Assembly (NCBI GenBank): GCA_039809725.1
Contig: JBDHVM010000001.1
Location: 1 to 35,726, forward strand
Length of the DNA stretch: 35,726 bases
Origin: Peptostreptococcus sp.
GTDB taxonomy: Bacteria; Bacillota; Clostridia; Peptostreptococcales; Peptostreptococcaceae
Direction: 5' to 3'
The translations under genes and the position numbers were made by a program. Below are positions 31,857 through 35,726 of the stretch, piece after piece (within the stretch, counting starts at the first letter, position 1; each line of letters opens with the position of its first letter). The notes beneath the pieces were generated by a model that was not told the DNA's origin, searched no databases, and saw nothing but the letters and a program-made list of their open reading frames with translations.

Positions 31857-32756
31857 ATGGCTGCAATTGAATTTGATAATCTTACAAAATATTATGGAAA
31901 AAACAAAGGAATAGAGAACATTTCACTTTCAATTGAAGAAGGTGAGTTTTTCGGTTTTATAGGTCCGAATGGAGCAGGTAAGTCAACAACTATAAAAGTC
32001 CTTCTAAACCTTCTTTTTCCAAGCAAAGGCAAGTGTAGAGTCTTTGATTTGGACTCTGTAAAAGATACGGTAGAAATAAAAAACATGATCTCATATGTTC
32101 CTAGCGAAGTGAAGTTTTATAATACTTTTAAAGTGAAGGATATTTTTGAGATGACAATGCAGATTCATGGTATAGACGACATAAGTTCATATATGGATTA
32201 TGTGGACTATTTTCAAATTGACCTAAATAAAAAGTTTGGTAGTCTTTCTTTAGGAAACAAAAAAAAGGTTGCCGTTGTTGATGCTTTGATTTCAAATCCA
32301 AAACTAATAATTTTGGATGAGCCTACTTCAGGGCTTGATCCTATGATGCAGAGAAGACTTTTAAACCTTTTGAAAAAAAAGAATTCAGAAGGAACTACAA
32401 TTTTTTTATCTAGTCATATTTTATCTGAAATTCAACACAACTGTAATAGAATAGCCTTTATAAAAGATGGCGAGATAATTAAAGTTGAGAAAATAGACAA
32501 AGAATTTCTTGAAAGAAAGATAATTAGGATAACTGGAGATCACGATGACACCCCTTTGACACAGATTGGATGCTCATTAGTAAATAAAAAAGGAAATGAG
32601 TATGACTACTCGTTTAAGGGTGATCTGAAAAACTTGATGCAAGCGTTGATTTACTCGGGGCCGTCGAATTTCACCATTGAAAATCCAAGTCTTGAAGATG
32701 AGTTTTTAAAATACTACGAAAACGATGAAAAAGGAGATGAGATTGATGATCTATAG
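31857..32756 (+). CDS. ABC-2-type exporter ATP-binding protein
   Basis: Walker A GPNGAGKST, signature LSLGNKKK, Walker B LIILDEPT, H-loop SSH; start moved to ATG 31857 (RBS GAGGT). Confidence 0.93.
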   Translation: MAAIEFDNLTKYYGKNKGIENISLSIEEGEFFGFIGPNGAGKSTTIKVLLNLLFPSKGKCRVFDLDSVKDTVEIKNMISYVPSEVKFYNTFKVKDIFEMTMQIHGIDDISSYMDYVDYFQIDLNKKFGSLSLGNKKKVAVVDALISNPKLIILDEPTSGLDPMMQRRLLNLLKKKNSEGTTIFLSSHILSEIQHNCNRIAFIKDGEIIKVEKIDKEFLERKIIRITGDHDDTPLTQIGCSLVNKKGNEYDYSFKGDLKNLMQALIYSGPSNFTIENPSLEDEFLKYYENDEKGDEIDDL

Positions 32757-33555
32757 ATTAGAATTGAAAAAAAATAGAAAGTCACTGATCATATGGACAT
32801 TGATATTATCTATTTTATTTGTTCTTTTTTTCTCTGTATATCCTATGATGACAGAAGAGGGAATGAAAGATATAATGGCAACTAAAATTCACACCTTGCC
32901 ACCAAGTGTCTTAAAAATGTTCGGTATCGAATCTCAGGCAAACCTTACTGATATTAGTCAATACCTTGCCTATGTTTCAAACTACATCCTTATTGCCATG
33001 GCAGTATATGGTGTAGGCTTAGGTCAAAAGTCATTGGTTAGAGAAGAAGTACAAGGCACTATTGAGTATTTATACAGCAAACCGATATCTAGAACTAGAA
33101 TATACTTTGGAAAGTTTTTCTCAGGCATTACAAATATTCTAGTTATTTATATTATTATACAGATCGTTTTATTCGGAATGTACTTTTATCTCGATAAAAA
33201 AATCATCGGAAAAGACTATATAATCAATATGATAGAGATAATATCAGCAATACCTTTTGTGTCAATTTTCTTTTTCTGTTTTGGCACGATGATATCTTCA
33301 TTTATGAACAGGGATACAGGCGAAAATCCTATAGGTCTTGGGATAGTTTTCTTTACCTTCTTTTTAGGACTTTTTACACAGCTTATGGAAAAATTTGGTG
33401 ATTTTATATATATTTCTCCAATTGAAGTCTTTAAAGGTGGTAGGATACTTTCTGGCAAAACAAATCTTACAGAAATAGGTATTTATTCAGGCGTTATGCT
33501 TCTCTTTGTAATAGTGGGTTGGATAAGATATAGAAGAAAAAATTTCTTAGTATAG
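32746..33555 (+). CDS. ABC-2-type exporter permease
   Basis: About 6 TMs, REEVQGTIEYLYSKPISR loop motif, C-terminal YRRKN; AAGGAG upstream (start 32743 or 32746). Confidence 0.88.
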   Translation: MIYRLELKKNRKSLIIWTLILSILFVLFFSVYPMMTEEGMKDIMATKIHTLPPSVLKMFGIESQANLTDISQYLAYVSNYILIAMAVYGVGLGQKSLVREEVQGTIEYLYSKPISRTRIYFGKFFSGITNILVIYIIIQIVLFGMYFYLDKKIIGKDYIINMIEIISAIPFVSIFFFCFGTMISSFMNRDTGENPIGLGIVFFTFFLGLFTQLMEKFGDFIYISPIEVFKGGRILSGKTNLTEIGIYSGVMLLFVIVGWIRYRRKNFLV

Positions 33556-33621
33556 TTTTTTTATTACATTGATTCTTTCTGTAATTAACAACCTAGACAT
33601 TTTACTTAATCATTAAAAATT

Positions 33622-33668
33622 ATATCCCCGATGTTTTCATTGATCTTTCTTAAAAACATCGGGGATAT
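33622..33668. terminator. Bidirectional terminator between convergent operons
   Basis: Perfect 16-bp inverted repeat atatccccgatgtttt / aaaacatcggggatat. Confidence 0.8.
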
Positions 33669-33681
33669 TTTAAATATATAT

Positions 33682-34803
33682 TTATAACATCTGAACTAGC
33701 CTCATCAGGATAAATATTATTATCACTGTCAATATAGCAATCATCAATATTTTACCCATCTTACTTCCAAAGTTCACAGTAGATCCAAAGCCTACTCTCT
33801 TTGGAACAAAGACTGAAGGATCATTTTTATTACAGTATATAGAACCTGCCAAATACCAGTACTTGTCACTTTCTTCATAGTAATCGTCAATCTCTTTATT
33901 CAGTTTATCTCCCATACTCCCGACTTTAAAGGCGACTATAAATGACATTATCACTATCAATGCAATATAAACGATAGTGTACGTAATTATCCTTTTATCA
34001 GAGCTAGTTGTATAATATAGCATCTCATTATTTGTTAAAACCAAGAATATAGAATTAAGGGTTGTAAGGGATGCCATATACATAGTTAATATTTTCCTAG
34101 ATTTTTTGTAGTTTTCTATGGACTTCTCCGTATGTGTGGCTGATGTCTTTTGCTTAGTATTAATAAGGGCAAAATTCGCAAACATGACTATCAAAACTGT
34201 GACTAATCCAACAATTGTAATTGTATTTATATTCATCATAGTCTTTTGATGGTATGTAACAACTCTCCCTACATGCTTTACTATTTTAGACGGAATATTA
34301 TCATAATTTATTATATTATAATATGAACTAGCCAGCAAAATACCAATAGGAACTATATATAGTAGCCAAATTTTCTTTCCATACTTTAATTTTTCTCTAG
34401 ATAGTTTTGTATCTACTTTTACTGTGGTAGTATTAAAATCTCTATTTCTATACTTTGACTTTATTTTCTTCAATTTATTACTTGCAAAATAAAAAGGTAA
34501 GAAACTCACCACACAATATACTATAAACACGACTACAGCTGCTCCAGTAGATGTATTTACATTCATAGGTGCTAAAAATAGAACTATCGGCTCAATCAAC
34601 ATGAAAATTATCAATATAGCTACTTGATACATGGAATACTCTTTTTTTACATTTTCAATCTCTTTATTTTCTAAAATTCTCGAATCAACACTCACACCAA
34701 ACATGATGTTTACCCTACTAATACTGTTAATAAATATCATCATTAGACCAACAGTCACTAACACAAATTCCATAATAATAAATAGAACTAATCTCTCATC
34801 CAT
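33682..34803 (-). CDS. DUF1648/DUF5808-like multi-TM membrane protein
   Basis: FGVSV near the N-terminus, YDNIPSKIVKH (DUF1648/SdpI-like), W...IYCNKNDPSVFVPKRVGFGSTVNFG (DUF5808-like); abuts the GntR gene. Confidence 0.8.
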   Translation of the reverse strand: MDERLVLFIIMEFVLVTVGLMMIFINSISRVNIMFGVSVDSRILENKEIENVKKEYSMYQVAILIIFMLIEPIVLFLAPMNVNTSTGAAVVVFIVYCVVSFLPFYFASNKLKKIKSKYRNRDFNTTTVKVDTKLSREKLKYGKKIWLLYIVPIGILLASSYYNIINYDNIPSKIVKHVGRVVTYHQKTMMNINTITIVGLVTVLIVMFANFALINTKQKTSATHTEKSIENYKKSRKILTMYMASLTTLNSIFLVLTNNEMLYYTTSSDKRIITYTIVYIALIVIMSFIVAFKVGSMGDKLNKEIDDYYEESDKYWYLAGSIYCNKNDPSVFVPKRVGFGSTVNFGSKMGKILMIAILTVIIIFILMRLVQML

Positions 34804-35181
34804 TTATCTCACGCCCTTCTTATATATTTTTTCAACTATTTTGACTACTTCATCTTTTTCAATACCCATAATATACGCACCTGCTAGCAACGTCTCCATA
34901 TCATCCTCCAAAACTGCGATGTCCTCATCTTTATACTTATCAAACGACGAAGAAATATACGCTCCCGAACGTCTATCAATCTGTATGTACTTTTTATCTT
35001 TTAAAATTTGATATGCTTTGTTTACCGTATGTAGATTCACTCCTATATCGCTTCCTAATTGTCTAACTGATGGAAGAGATTCACCTGGAGAGATCTCTCC
35101 AGAATATATGCCTTTTGTAACTTGCTCTACAATTTGCACATATATTGGTTTTTCCGATTCAAAATTTATTGTCAGTATCAT
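34804..35181 (-). CDS. GntR-family regulator, YtrA subfamily
   Basis: PIYVQI, GESLPSVRQLG...VNLHTVNKAYQIL; short C-terminal domain; start moved to ATG 35181. Confidence 0.92.
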   Translation of the reverse strand: MILTINFESEKPIYVQIVEQVTKGIYSGEISPGESLPSVRQLGSDIGVNLHTVNKAYQILKDKKYIQIDRRSGAYISSSFDKYKDEDIAVLEDDMETLLAGAYIMGIEKDEVVKIVEKIYKKGVR

Positions 35182-35213
35182 AGTATCACACCCTTTCACC
35201 CACATCACCTATT

Positions 35214-35386
35214 ACTCGGCGAAGATGTCTCCCGCCTCGTTCAAACTCTTATGTCGAATTTTTAGCTAATGCCAAAAATTACTTGAGATTTGTCTTGTTA
35301 TAACTCGGCAAAATTCAGCCTCGTTCAAACGCTTATGTCGAATTTTTAGCTAATGCCAAAAATTCCTTGAGATTTATCTTGTTATA
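35214..35386 (-). repeat. Second tandem pair (89 and 84 nt) of the same structured element family
   Basis: 35214-35302 and 35303-35386 are near-identical except in one hairpin; the reverse complement aligns to the 31666 unit (ttttgg..tt..ctaaa, aagMgttt.aacgaggc...gccgagt). Confidence 0.9.
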
Positions 35387-35399
35387 ACAAGATAAATCT
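35370..35399. repeat. Perfect 30-bp palindrome without spacer
   Basis: agatttatcttgtta | taacaagataaatct. Confidence 0.9.
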
Positions 35400-35409
35400 T
35401 TTTACGTTT

Positions 35410-35461
35410 TTTCTATTCTATCTGTTATAGTTATACTATAACAGATAGAATAGAAAGTCAA
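35410..35461 (-). promoter_or_regulatory. GntR promoter with overlapping 22-bp inverted repeat (probable YtrA-type operator)
   Basis: tttctattctatctgttatagt-tat-actataacagatagaatagaaa; -35 TTGACT at 35456-35461; core TGTTATAG-N5-CTATAACA. Confidence 0.7.
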
Positions 35462-35563
35462 TATTTAAAACAAAAATTTATATTAATTTTTTGCACTGCT
35501 AAAAAGATACTCATAAAAATATACTCAAGAGTTTTAACGAGGCAAAGCTTCTGCTGCGCTATC

Positions 35564-35594
35564 AAAAAAAAGACCGTCCAATTTGAACGGTCTT
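35564..35594 (-). terminator. Intrinsic terminator after tuf
   Basis: Minus strand aagaccgttcaaattggacggtc followed by a T run. Confidence 0.8.
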
Positions 35595-35663
35595 AATATC
35601 GTCTGCATATCAAATACTGCTGATGAAAATATACTTTTCATCACAATACCCTTAAATCAATGA

Positions 35664-35726
35664 TTATTCAACTATTGTTGCAACAACTCCAGAAGCTACT
35701 GTTCTTCCACCTTCTCTGATGGCGAA
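35664..35726 (-). CDS. tuf: Elongation factor Tu, 3' end (truncated by the window edge)
   Basis: Manual translation FAIREGGRTVASGVVATIVE*, the EF-Tu C-terminus. Confidence 0.95.
   Translation of the reverse strand, partial: FAIREGGRTVASGVVATIVE

Noticed and set aside
35214-35386. Integron attC sites (TAAC...GTT ends)
   Set aside because: No cassettes between units, no integrase, no clear L boxes, and each unit folds as two local hairpins rather than one long stem.

Overview
AT-rich chromosomal window from a low-GC anaerobic Firmicute. Gene content and order resemble Peptostreptococcaceae (inference). Left to right: (1) an orphan ParM/StbA-like actin ATPase with a ParR-like partner; (2) a convergent four-gene SGNH / DUF4358-like / MBOAT (AlgI-type) / DHHW (AlgJ-type) surface-polymer O-acylation operon; (3) the core cluster rpmG-secE-nusG-rplK-rplA-[L10 leader]-rplJ-rplL, with no rpoB after it; (4) a peptide and amino-acid catabolism block (iorAB, three proline-specific peptidases, a POT peptide transporter, an APC permease) around a complete, probably Na+-translocating V-type ATPase operon; (5) a convergent ABC exporter and YtrA-type GntR + DUF1648/DUF5808-like module; (6) the 3' end of tuf. 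Two signals are not explained by standard annotation. The first is an ~80-90 nt two-hairpin repeat family that occurs as tandem pairs in the 5' leaders of both operons of the ABC/GntR module, brackets it in inverted orientation, and comes with a degenerate fifth copy and two long perfect palindromes. The second is the ParMR-like pair sitting beside housekeeping genes, with two possible in-frame starts. All calls come from reading motifs by eye; no searches or folding programs were run.
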